Source of the DNA: a virus
Lineage: Duplodnaviria > Caudoviricetes
Strand: one strand, 5' to 3'
IMG/VR virus record: IMGVR_UViG_3300020460_000038
Span: 1-32,341 of that record
Length of the DNA stretch: 32,341 nt
Part shown: positions 18,862 to 26,952 of the stretch, piece by piece
How the letters are laid out: every line of letters starts with the position of its first letter
Position numbering within the stretch: the first letter of the stretch is position 1
Program-made: the position numbers and the translations under genes
The notes under the pieces: model-generated
Told to the model about the DNA's origin: nothing
Databases searched by the model: none
What the model saw: the letters and a program-made list of their open reading frames with translations, nothing else

Positions 18862-19260
18862 ATGGCAAGTAAAGGTAATTGGGCGGTAGTTTTTGAAGAT
18901 AAAAAAATTACAAAAAATTATGATGAAGGGGCTACAGAGGGAATTGCTTTTATAATTGATGATGATTCTTTCTGGAATCAATCTAAATTTTCAAATATTT
19001 GGGCTATACAATACGGAACATCTAACACCTCTGATGAGGTCGAATACAGAGATACAACGCCTCATTCATCTTTTGCTGATGCTAATATTGGTGGCATAAG
19101 TCAATTTTCTGATAAATGGGATACAATGTATTTGGCAAAAATTCAGACCGATTGGGACAACAATATTTTGTATGATAGCGATAATAATGTTGTTTCAGAA
19201 ACAAATGCAGAAAAAATTACTAGATTAGGTGCAAGGCCAACAAGCTATACTTCTTCATAA
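18862..19260 (+). CDS. Acidic fibre-associated protein (possible fibre chaperone)
   Basis: SD AGGAG; follows the fibre gene; IWAIQY...EVEY motif. Function inferred from synteny only. Confidence 0.55.
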   Translation: MASKGNWAVVFEDKKITKNYDEGATEGIAFIIDDDSFWNQSKFSNIWAIQYGTSNTSDEVEYRDTTPHSSFADANIGGISQFSDKWDTMYLAKIQTDWDNNILYDSDNNVVSETNAEKITRLGARPTSYTSS

Positions 19261-19766
19261 TCTTTTACAAATAAAGTAGCACTATATCTTATCATATTAG
19301 GTATGTTACTTGCGTGTTGAGAATGCCAATGATCTGACGGAAACAAGATTGCTCTGTTTTCTCTAAAACCAACATGAGTATCTAATTCTAAATGTTTATC
19401 TATTTTATTGTAAAAAACTGTTCCATTTGTAAGTGATGTTATTCCTTTTAACATAATCATGATATTTATTTTACCATCGGGAATATCTTGATGTGGTTTA
19501 AAATGGTCTAAATTTCTTTGATCTATACCAGAATCAAAACCTAATTCTTTTATTTTAATTTTAAATTTTAACTCAGATTGACTTACAAACAAATTTTGCA
19601 ATATTTTATCGTTACTTAATTGCCACCTTGCCCCATAATAATTTTCTTTATTTTTTTTTTCTGTATTCTTAAAATATCTTGGAATATAAAAGGCTTTTGT
19701 TAATGCAAAATCTTGAATAGCAAGCAAATCATTTTTTTTGAAAAAATTATCTAAAATTTTTATCAT
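19245..19766 (-). CDS. 2OG-Fe(II) oxygenase-like protein
   Basis: MIKILDNFF start (ATGA overlap), HQD...H triad, NGTVFY, ENRAILF, RY. Confidence 0.78.
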   Translation of the reverse strand: MIKILDNFFKKNDLLAIQDFALTKAFYIPRYFKNTEKKNKENYYGARWQLSNDKILQNLFVSQSELKFKIKIKELGFDSGIDQRNLDHFKPHQDIPDGKINIMIMLKGITSLTNGTVFYNKIDKHLELDTHVGFRENRAILFPSDHWHSQHASNIPNMIRYSATLFVKDYEEV

Positions 19767-20368
19767 TGGTGTAAAAAACAATTTATTGAATATCTAGTAC
19801 CTTTTTTTATAGGCTCTGTTCCATGAATCCAAATAGGTTCTGCGGGAAACAACATACTGTCCCCAGTTTTTAAATTATGTTTAATCTTACCATCAAAAAA
19901 TCTAAATTCGCCACCCTCATAATCTTCATTTAAATTCAAAGTGCAAGATGCTCTAGTTAAATTACCAACGTCTGTATGGTCTTTAATAAATTGTCCTTTA
20001 TCATATTTTAAAATTCTAATATTTGATGAATTGCTTATTAAATATTTGTTAAATGTAGGGCAAATTGTTCTTTTTAAATAAAATACATAATTAGTTATCA
20101 TAATATTTATATACCTTTTTGCTAATTCTAAAGGTTTTAAAAAACCATTATTTTGAAAAACACATTCAGATAAATTTATGCAATTGTAATTATCCTCTTC
20201 AATTTTTTTTGTTTGATACTTATAACTATTTTCTGAAACTGCATATTTATTATGGTCTTCGTAAAAGTTTATGAAATAATTACATATATCTTTAGGAACT
20301 AAACCATTTATATGAAATTTTAAGTCATTTATTTTATAATCAAATGACACTATGTTACTTTTAACCAA
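19763..20368 (-). CDS. Prolyl 4-hydroxylase-like 2OG-Fe(II) oxygenase
   Basis: ILKY..GQ...HTD, LNEDYEGGEFRF, FP....IH...P...GTRYS. Exact start uncertain. Confidence 0.9.
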   Translation of the reverse strand: MVKSNIVSFDYKINDLKFHINGLVPKDICNYFINFYEDHNKYAVSENSYKYQTKKIEEDNYNCINLSECVFQNNGFLKPLELAKRYINIMITNYVFYLKRTICPTFNKYLISNSSNIRILKYDKGQFIKDHTDVGNLTRASCTLNLNEDYEGGEFRFFDGKIKHNLKTGDSMLFPAEPIWIHGTEPIKKGTRYSINCFLHQ

Positions 20369-20973
20369 GATGTTAAAATATATTTATTATTAGACAAAGG
20401 CGGGTTTCCTCTATGAACGTATGGAAAACCAGCGGGCCAAATAACTATTCTGCCTGTTTTTGGTTCTACCCTTTGAGAAAAATGCAAGAATTCTGTTTCC
20501 CCGCCTTTTTTTACATCATTTAGATATATACTAAAAACAAATGCTCTTGATTGCATTTCAAAGGCCGAACCATGCTCTATGTGCCAAATGTGATAACCTT
20601 GCTTTGGTAAAGTTTTCTGAATTTTTAAACGAGTATAAAAAAATTTTTCTTTTAAATAACTTTCCTCAGCACCCGTAATTTCTTTATAATGATTCCAAGC
20701 CATATTAAAGTTAAACATCATACTTTTTAAATCTTGCCACCAAATTTCAATATTATTTTCACCAGCAAAAAATTGGTCATCTTGTTTTTCAAGAATAGAT
20801 GAATTTTCAAAACTCATTCTATCAAATGTATTGTTGAATTTATTTTGATTTTCAAAAAGTTTTATAGCTTTTTCACATTCTTGTTTTGTAATGTAATTGT
20901 CGTAAATACCGATAAAATCGGTTATTTTACATTTCCTCTTTTTTTGCTTTATCTCTTTGTCTTTTAATTTCAT
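20350..20973 (-). CDS. Prolyl 4-hydroxylase-like 2OG-Fe(II) oxygenase
   Basis: GYHIWHIE, YLNDVKKGGETEF, IWPAGFPYVHRG.PP...KYILTSW. Confidence 0.9.
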   Translation of the reverse strand: MKLKDKEIKQKKRKCKITDFIGIYDNYITKQECEKAIKLFENQNKFNNTFDRMSFENSSILEKQDDQFFAGENNIEIWWQDLKSMMFNFNMAWNHYKEITGAEESYLKEKFFYTRLKIQKTLPKQGYHIWHIEHGSAFEMQSRAFVFSIYLNDVKKGGETEFLHFSQRVEPKTGRIVIWPAGFPYVHRGNPPLSNNKYILTSWLKVT

Positions 20974-21562
20974 AAAGTTGTTCTAGTTTTTTATTAACCA
21001 TAAAATGATCTACTGAATCAAAATTGCACACTAATGAATATCTGTTGTTGTCTTGATTATTTTTTTCAAAACCATGTAATATTAAGGGTGGAAATATATA
21101 ATAATCCCCAGCCTTCGGAGTTATTGAGATATTTAATTCTGGTAAAATTAAATCCGAACCATCAGTAAGATATAAAATTGCATGGTACTGCCTATGGTCG
21201 TGAATATCTATAGTATCGCCCTTTTTTATTTCATTTCCCCAAGCATCTATAACTATTGATCTTTCTAAGAAAAAAGCAAAAATTTCTGGGTGTGTAGTTT
21301 GATGTTTGTTTATTAAAAATCTAAAAAAATCTTCAAATAAATCATTTCCTATAAAATGTTTCCAATTGGTCATTCTACCTTTTATGGCAGTGTAGTTATC
21401 CATTTCTGGGTCTATATTGTTTTTTATCTCTAAAATCATATTATGGACTAGATTTGGGTATGGATAATGTCCAAAAATTATATTTACAGTTCTTGGATAG
21501 GTAATATTTAGACTGTTTTTTGTTTCAGATAATTTATTATTTCTATTTATGAACTTAATCAT
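20927..21562 (-). CDS. Putative 2OG-Fe(II) oxygenase (TIGR02466-like, HxH type)
   Basis: AWGN...GD...HDH, ILYL, P.AGD..IFP..ILH, RYSLVCNF. Confidence 0.78.
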   Translation of the reverse strand: MIKFINRNNKLSETKNSLNITYPRTVNIIFGHYPYPNLVHNMILEIKNNIDPEMDNYTAIKGRMTNWKHFIGNDLFEDFFRFLINKHQTTHPEIFAFFLERSIVIDAWGNEIKKGDTIDIHDHRQYHAILYLTDGSDLILPELNISITPKAGDYYIFPPLILHGFEKNNQDNNRYSLVCNFDSVDHFMVNKKLEQLYEIKRQRDKAKKEEM

Positions 21563-21594
21563 TTATATTAGTCTCAAATTTATATATTCATTTT

Positions 21595-22137
21595 ATGAAT
21601 TGTCAAAACATTGAATTTTACGAAACTGAGCAATTTCAATACTTATTAATACATAAAAACGCATCACATAGTATTATTAAATGTATAGAGTCATTAAATC
21701 CCGTAATTACAGACAAAATTAACTTAAATAAGGTTAGATGGACAGTAATAAGAGAACCATACGAAAGATTTATTGCTGGCCTTAAATATGATTTGCAAAG
21801 GCATCAATTAAATATTGAGGATATAGAAATTAAATCATTATTTAATTCAAAAATTAACAATTTTTCAAGAGTCAAAGGTAATGTAAATCACACAGCATCA
21901 CAAATTCCTTATCTAATAAATACACACATAAATTATTATGTAGAATTAAAAGATTTACATACATTTTTAAAAATGCACTTTGGAAAAACTGAATATCAAA
22001 ACATAGATAAATCAAATGTAAAAATTGATTTAGATAAAAACGAAATTATTAAATATTTAGAATTAGATTATTATGTATATGATTGTATATTGAATTCGCC
22101 TTATTTGTGGAAATGGCAACAAGGTAAAATTTTCTAA
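21595..22137 (+). CDS. Sulfotransferase family 2-like protein
   Basis: 5'-PSB-like IHKNASHSI, 3'-PB-like VIREPYERF.AG (usual Ser is Ala), H..SQ, Y..DY. Confidence 0.7.
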   Translation: MNCQNIEFYETEQFQYLLIHKNASHSIIKCIESLNPVITDKINLNKVRWTVIREPYERFIAGLKYDLQRHQLNIEDIEIKSLFNSKINNFSRVKGNVNHTASQIPYLINTHINYYVELKDLHTFLKMHFGKTEYQNIDKSNVKIDLDKNEIIKYLELDYYVYDCILNSPYLWKWQQGKIF

Positions 22138-22176
22138 AATTGGACATTTAAGTATTTATCTTATATTTATAAAAAT

Positions 22177-22755
22177 ATGATTAGAGGTTTATTAATAGGA
22201 ACAATCCTTGCTGGAATTTTAATTTGGTTTCTTAATGGTTTAATGAGTTCTGCTCTTGGGGCAGATACAAATACAGTTTCATCAACAGTCGTCACTAACA
22301 ATACACCACCAACAGCTAACGCACCAAGTGTTGTCGTTAATAATTCAGACGTTTGTAAAACAGCGGCATCAGCTGGTGTTCAGACACAGATTTTAGGAAT
22401 TGCATCAGGAATTACAGTAACAGACGAAAACTGTGAACGTATAAAACTCTCTCGATCTCTCTATGCTATGGGTATGAAAGTAGCCGCTATCTCTACATTG
22501 TGTGCTGATGCAAGAGTATTTGATGCGATGTGGAATGCGGGAACTTACTGCCCCTACAATGCTAGTATTGGAGAGGACGCAAAAAAAGGTTGGGAAGAAA
22601 ACAAAGACAAAATTCCAAAAGGTAGTTTAATTTTTGCTGATATGGAAGAGGCAGAAAAACTTAAAATCAAAGAAGAAAGAGAAAAAGATGGCAAACCGAA
22701 TGGTTGGAAAGTGTTTTTTACTTTGGCTACTTTTATGCTTGTACCCCTCTTATAG
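22177..22755 (+). CDS. Exported/membrane Cys-containing conserved phage protein
   Basis: N-terminal TM/signal; PPTA.AP...SDVC, DENCERIKLSR.L..MGMKVAA...LC.D.RV..AM..AGT.CP; hydrophobic C-terminus. Confidence 0.8.
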   Translation: MIRGLLIGTILAGILIWFLNGLMSSALGADTNTVSSTVVTNNTPPTANAPSVVVNNSDVCKTAASAGVQTQILGIASGITVTDENCERIKLSRSLYAMGMKVAAISTLCADARVFDAMWNAGTYCPYNASIGEDAKKGWEENKDKIPKGSLIFADMEEAEKLKIKEEREKDGKPNGWKVFFTLATFMLVPLL

Positions 22756-24325
22756 CAAAGCTGTAGATTGCGATACTGATACAGTCGGTCTTTGCACACC
22801 TACTATTGAGCAGATCATAGAAGAATCAAGCATTGAGACTATTGAGTTTCAAGATGGTGGTATTTTAACAACAACTGAAACCACTACAACAACAACGACA
22901 ACCACAGTCACAAATGAAGACTCAGACGATATTTTAGACGGAGATAATAATTATGTGACATCATCAAGATATGAAGGAGATATGGATATTGATTGGGGGG
23001 GTCAAGGTTCAGCAACTATGCCATCTGGCTCTACTTGCGGACAATTAGGCACTGATAAATGTGCTATGATAACTGGTGGGGGTAATTCTACTAGCATTAT
23101 GGGAGTGCCAAACATGGGGACTACCTTTATCAATACAGTTGATATATCAGATTTAAATTTTACTCATGGGGGTAGAACTAATTACGAAATCAAAGTTTAT
23201 AAGCCAGATGCACAAGATTCCATCTATATGCACATTACAGGAAAAAACGGAACAACAAATGTATTTAGTGGCACTGATATTCTAAGTGCTAGCGGAACAA
23301 ATAGTCAGTATGGCCAATATTCAGGCGGGTTTAATTTTTCTGGTAGTCTTACATCAATAATTATTGAGGTTGGTGGCAGAGATATAAACATGGCCGTTGG
23401 CCCAATGTTTGATGATGTTCAAGTCAATGTTTTGTATAATGTTGTGAATACTATTGTTGAACAAACTATTACAAGTGTTGAAATGTTTGTTGCTTTGAAC
23501 ACTGATGCACCCGAAGAGGTACTTGATGTTGTTGAGGATATATTTGAGGTAAATGCACCCGTTGAAACAGATGTTGGTTTAGATTTTGAACCTATTGAAA
23601 CTGAAGATATTACTTACGAGTCTGTTGAAATAGAAATTGCAGAAATAGAAATTCAAGAAATTCAAGTTGCTAGTATTAATATGCCTGAAACTGAGGTTGA
23701 GGTAAATGTTATTGAGGTAGAGGCGGAAATAGAAATGGAACTAGAAATGGACTTAGAAACTGAAATAGAGGTTGATACAAATGTGGGTGGAGAAGAGAAT
23801 ACAGAAACAACCACAGAATCAACACAAGACCCAGACCAAACAGAAAATAACCAATCCGAAAACGATGTCTCAGAAACCAACGAAGAACCGAAAGAGGAAT
23901 CAATCGAAGAAACAAACGAAAAATCAAACGAGGAAACCAACGAATCGAAATCCACAGAATCTGAACAAAAGTCAGAACAAAAGCAAGAACAGCAACAAAA
24001 AAAGACAGAAAAAGACGCAAAAACCAAAGTAGTTCAGAAAAAATCTTCATCTAAGGAAAAAGCCGCAAAAAAAGTTTTGAAAAAAATTAATGATAAAAAA
24101 AGATATGATGAGTCTAGTCAAATAAAAACTCTTGTTGTTATGCAAGTGTTAGGAAACACTAAAACATTTTTTGACAGCCAACAACAGTTAAATGACAGAG
24201 CAGAATTTTTTACAGACTACACTTTGCCAGATGCGGTTATTTCTGATAATGATTTAGCTGGGTATTTTTTATTTATTGGTAGTGATGGCATAATGAATGA
24301 AATTATAGAAAGTCAGTACAAGTAA
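22688..24325 (+). CDS. Large exported acidic protein, function unknown
   Basis: Signal-like FLLWLLLCLYPSYSKA, two Cys pairs, Thr run, beta-rich domain, long Glu-rich stalk, Lys-rich then helical C-terminus. ATG 22688 preferred to the track's 22634. Confidence 0.78.
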   Translation: MANRMVGKCFLLWLLLCLYPSYSKAVDCDTDTVGLCTPTIEQIIEESSIETIEFQDGGILTTTETTTTTTTTTVTNEDSDDILDGDNNYVTSSRYEGDMDIDWGGQGSATMPSGSTCGQLGTDKCAMITGGGNSTSIMGVPNMGTTFINTVDISDLNFTHGGRTNYEIKVYKPDAQDSIYMHITGKNGTTNVFSGTDILSASGTNSQYGQYSGGFNFSGSLTSIIIEVGGRDINMAVGPMFDDVQVNVLYNVVNTIVEQTITSVEMFVALNTDAPEEVLDVVEDIFEVNAPVETDVGLDFEPIETEDITYESVEIEIAEIEIQEIQVASINMPETEVEVNVIEVEAEIEMELEMDLETEIEVDTNVGGEENTETTTESTQDPDQTENNQSENDVSETNEEPKEESIEETNEKSNEETNESKSTESEQKSEQKQEQQQKKTEKDAKTKVVQKKSSSKEKAAKKVLKKINDKKRYDESSQIKTLVVMQVLGNTKTFFDSQQQLNDRAEFFTDYTLPDAVISDNDLAGYFLFIGSDGIMNEIIESQYK

Positions 24326-24462
24326 TGGCAAAAAAATTTAAAAATTTTGAGGCTCATATACCAGTGAACCATAAAACGAGTATTGGGCGGAGACCAAGCA
24401 AAACAAAAATGAATAAACACAAAAGACGATCATTTAAAGCGTACAACGGGCAAGGGCGTTAA
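24325..24462 (+). CDS. 45-aa basic microprotein ending Y.GQGR
   Basis: MAKKFKNFEAHIPVNHKTSIGRRPSKTKMNKHKRRSFKAYNGQGR; TAATG-coupled at both ends. Confidence 0.8.
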   Translation: MAKKFKNFEAHIPVNHKTSIGRRPSKTKMNKHKRRSFKAYNGQGR

Positions 24463-24959
24463 TGGCTAAACAACAAACAGAAATAGATATAGGCGGTATT
24501 AAATTTAAGGGCGGTAGGGTTTTTCTCATAATTACAATTCTAACAAGTTTTGTTGGTGTATTATGGGGTGGGTTTGAGGCATACCAGCGGTATCTCGATA
24601 TGGAGTCAAAGATCAATACTTTTGTAGCACCCGATCTGTCGGGCTTTGATAAAAGACTAGAACTTATCAATCAAGAAGTAGAAATGATAAAATCAGAAAT
24701 GGCCATGATATTAGAAGAAGTTACATTGGTAGCTGACGTTGCAAAAGAACTCAAAAATGACTTAAAAGCAGATGTTCGTAGAATTGAAACTATCGTTGAA
24801 GATGTAGAGACTAGAGTAAAAGAAGATAGTAGAGAAAATGCAAAAGATTTAAAAGAGGCCATAAATGACATAGAGCAACAAATGAAAGACTTAGAGGAAA
24901 AAACAAATATGCAAATAAAGAAAGCATTAGAAAACCCACTAAGTCAAATGAATCGATGA
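24462..24959 (+). CDS. Membrane-anchored coiled-coil protein
   Basis: TM helix VFLIITILTSFVGVLWGGF, long heptad region, ALENPL end. Confidence 0.8.
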   Translation: MAKQQTEIDIGGIKFKGGRVFLIITILTSFVGVLWGGFEAYQRYLDMESKINTFVAPDLSGFDKRLELINQEVEMIKSEMAMILEEVTLVADVAKELKNDLKADVRRIETIVEDVETRVKEDSRENAKDLKEAINDIEQQMKDLEEKTNMQIKKALENPLSQMNR

Positions 24960-25192
24960 AATGGATACTAATAACTTATATTTGCAGTGTTGCAACTGGT
25001 CAATGTCCGTCAAACTCTATAACTGGGTTTCAATTCGATAATCATTATGATTGTGTGGTTGCTGGATATAAATATTCTTACAATAAATTTATAAATTTAG
25101 AAGAAATAGAAGAATTAGAAAAAGAATATATAGAGGAGAAAAAGCTAGTAATTAAATTTAAATGTCAGGGATTGAAAGCAACTGGCACATAA
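24956..25192 (+). CDS. Small four-Cys protein with hydrophobic N-terminus
   Basis: MKWILITYICS...C...FDNHYDC...KFKC; ATGA overlap. Confidence 0.75.
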   Translation: MKWILITYICSVATGQCPSNSITGFQFDNHYDCVVAGYKYSYNKFINLEEIEELEKEYIEEKKLVIKFKCQGLKATGT

Positions 25193-25200
25193 GGTATAAA
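25172..25200 (+). promoter_or_regulatory. sigma70-type promoter for the lysis module, probably leaderless
   Basis: TTGAAA-17 nt-TATAAA, then 5 nt to the ATG at 25206. Shares AGGTATAAAACA with the promoter at 17761-17789. Confidence 0.65.
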
Positions 25201-25205
25201 ACAGC

Positions 25206-25394
25206 ATGACAAAAATAGTACCGAAAACAACAAAAGAGCATATTGTGCATATTTACAATAAGATTGATGTTTTGGAAACGAATCATATTTGGCACTTACA
25301 GAAATCAATACAACGTCTAAATTATGTATTGTGGACTGTTGGTTTTATGGTTGCTACTCAATTTATTGCATGGGTGCTTAGAATGGTGGAATAA
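25206..25394 (+). CDS. Small C-terminally membrane-anchored protein (holin/XhlA-like position)
   Basis: ETNHIWHL helix then TM YVLWTVGFMVATQFIAWVL; coupled to the lysozyme. Confidence 0.6.
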   Translation: MTKIVPKTTKEHIVHIYNKIDVLETNHIWHLQKSIQRLNYVLWTVGFMVATQFIAWVLRMVE

Positions 25395-25840
25395 TGGATT
25401 TAGCAAATTTAAGAGAAGATATAATCAAAGAAGAGGGTGGATTAATTTTAAAACCTTATCAAGATCATCTTGGATATTGGACAATTGGTGCTGGCCATTT
25501 AATTCGTGATGAAGAAAAAGAAGAATTAATGAAACCAATTACACAAGATAGGGCCATAGAATTATTTATGAAAGATTTTAATATTGCATTGAAAGATATG
25601 GAAACATTCACTGAAGATATGCAAATAGATGATAATTCTAAAGAATGTGTTGCTCACATGGTATTTCAATTGGGCCTACCAAGATTACAAAAATTTGTTA
25701 AATTTAAAGAATGTTTAAAAAACAAAGATTATGCGGGTGCGATGGTAGAAATGAAAGATTCTCGTTGGTATAATCAGACCACTAATAGAGCAAATCGGAT
25801 AATTGCTAAAATGCAAAAATCTATAACTGCCGATGTCTAG
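25394..25840 (+). CDS. Endolysin, T4-like lysozyme (GH24)
   Basis: EG...KPYQD.LGYWTIG.GHL (E-D-T triad), MVFQLG, EM.DSRWY.QT.NRA.R. Confidence 0.95.
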   Translation: MDLANLREDIIKEEGGLILKPYQDHLGYWTIGAGHLIRDEEKEELMKPITQDRAIELFMKDFNIALKDMETFTEDMQIDDNSKECVAHMVFQLGLPRLQKFVKFKECLKNKDYAGAMVEMKDSRWYNQTTNRANRIIAKMQKSITADV

Positions 25841-25849
25841 GAGATAATA

Positions 25850-26281
25850 ATGGTTTTAGGAAAATTATTGAGTGGTGGCACTATAAAGGCTGTTGCTGGC
25901 GTAATTGATGACTTACACACAAGTGATGAGGAAAAATTACAATTAAAAAACAGATTTGCAGAGATAGAGGCAAAACTTAAAGAAAAACAAATGTCTATCA
26001 ATTTGGCTGATGCAAATAGTCAAGCTGGAGGTATTAGTGGATTTTTACAAAGAGCATGGAGACCGCTTATCGGTATGTCATGTGCTTTAGCAATATTTTG
26101 GGAATATGTATTATCTAAATTTATATTATTTATCTGTGGGTTGTTTCAATACGAAGTGACAAATATACCACAGATGGATATGGGAACTTTAATGCCCCTC
26201 GTGATGGCTTTACTTGGAATGTCAGGAATAAGAAGTTTCGAGAAATTAAAGAAAATAAACACCGACAAAGGAAAGGAGTAA
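25850..26281 (+). CDS. Holin, GTA-type 3TM family
   Basis: IDDLHTSDEEKL, WRPLIG, LLGMSGIRSFEK. Confidence 0.88.
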   Translation: MVLGKLLSGGTIKAVAGVIDDLHTSDEEKLQLKNRFAEIEAKLKEKQMSINLADANSQAGGISGFLQRAWRPLIGMSCALAIFWEYVLSKFILFICGLFQYEVTNIPQMDMGTLMPLVMALLGMSGIRSFEKLKKINTDKGKE

Positions 26282-26284
26282 TTT

Positions 26285-26413
26285 ATGGTCAAAAAGAAAA
26301 TTGAACAACAAGTTACTAAATGGTGGCACGCATTTACAGAAATGAAATCTTGGGTGCAAATATTAATCGCTGTTGCAGTGGTTGTAGCGGCTCACAACTA
26401 TATTCTTCACTAG
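26285..26413 (+). CDS. 42-aa single-TM microprotein
   Basis: SD AAGGAG; MVKKKIEQQVTKWWHAFTEMKSWVQILIAVAVVVAAHNYILH. Confidence 0.7.
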   Translation: MVKKKIEQQVTKWWHAFTEMKSWVQILIAVAVVVAAHNYILH

Positions 26414-26416
26414 ATT

Positions 26417-26521
26417 ATGGCTAAGAAGAAAAAGAAAACAGTTGGACTGACCACAAAACAGAAAAAGTTGCCTAAAGCCTTGCAGATGGCAATTTTAAAA
26501 AAACAGAAAAAAGGGAGATAG
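26417..26521 (+). CDS. 34-aa Lys-rich microprotein
   Basis: MAKKKKKTVGLTTKQKKLPKALQMAILKKQKKGR; tightly packed between neighbours. Confidence 0.65.
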   Translation: MAKKKKKTVGLTTKQKKLPKALQMAILKKQKKGR

Positions 26522-26522
26522 T

Positions 26523-26624
26523 ATGCCTTATCACTACGGCAAAGGTTCTCACTCTAAAGGCATGAAAAAAGGCAAAAAGTCTAAAATGTCTAAGATGAGT
26601 AAAAAAAGAAAAAAAAGAAGATAA
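26523..26624 (+). CDS. 33-aa Lys-rich microprotein
   Basis: SD GGGAG; MPYHYGKGSHSKGMKKGKKSKMSKMSKKRKKRR; TAATG-coupled to the next gene. Confidence 0.7.
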   Translation: MPYHYGKGSHSKGMKKGKKSKMSKMSKKRKKRR

Positions 26625-26806
26625 TGGTTAAGGTTGCATCTATTTCAAAGTTTACAAAAGACTTAAAGCCAAGACAGCGTAAAACAATGAACAGACACGC
26701 AAGACATCATTCTTTGAAACACATGAGGTCTATGGCTAATGCTATGAAAAAGGGTGCAACCTTTGCTCAAGCCCACAATCGTGCTATGAGATTGGTTGGT
26801 AAATGA
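26624..26806 (+). CDS. 60-aa basic His/Met-rich protein
   Basis: RQRKTM.RH..HHS.KHM..M...M..G.TF.QAH..AM..VGK. Confidence 0.75.
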   Translation: MVKVASISKFTKDLKPRQRKTMNRHARHHSLKHMRSMANAMKKGATFAQAHNRAMRLVGK

Positions 26807-26952
26807 GTGGATTTACTACAACAGCAACAATTTCTGAATTAATTGATAAAAGGCCCATAAATCGAAAAAGAAGAGTTAAGATCACTCTTAAAGCACCTCA
26901 GAATCGAAAATTAAGGGCCTCTCAGCGACTTTTAAAGGTCAGAGGTACTTAG
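26803..26952 (+). CDS. 49-aa Arg/Lys-rich microprotein
   Basis: ATGA overlap; MSGFTTTATISELIDKRPINRKRRVKITLKAPQNRKLRASQRLLKVRGT; stop overlaps the convergent gene's stop. Confidence 0.6.
   Translation: MSGFTTTATISELIDKRPINRKRRVKITLKAPQNRKLRASQRLLKVRGT

Noticed and set aside
17795-19260. Diversity-generating retroelement targeting the fibres
   Set aside because: No reverse transcriptase and no TR/VR repeat pair seen.
19245-21595. Invertible segment (phase variation) for the antisense oxygenase cassette
   Set aside because: I found no flanking inverted repeats and no invertase/recombinase gene.
25324-25509. Embedded o-spanin/lipoprotein overlapping the lysozyme start (LLHGC)
   Set aside because: It has a hydrophobic stretch and a Cys, but no SD, no basic n-region, a poor lipobox and no adjacent i-spanin. 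Most likely a frame shadow of the TM-coding sequence.
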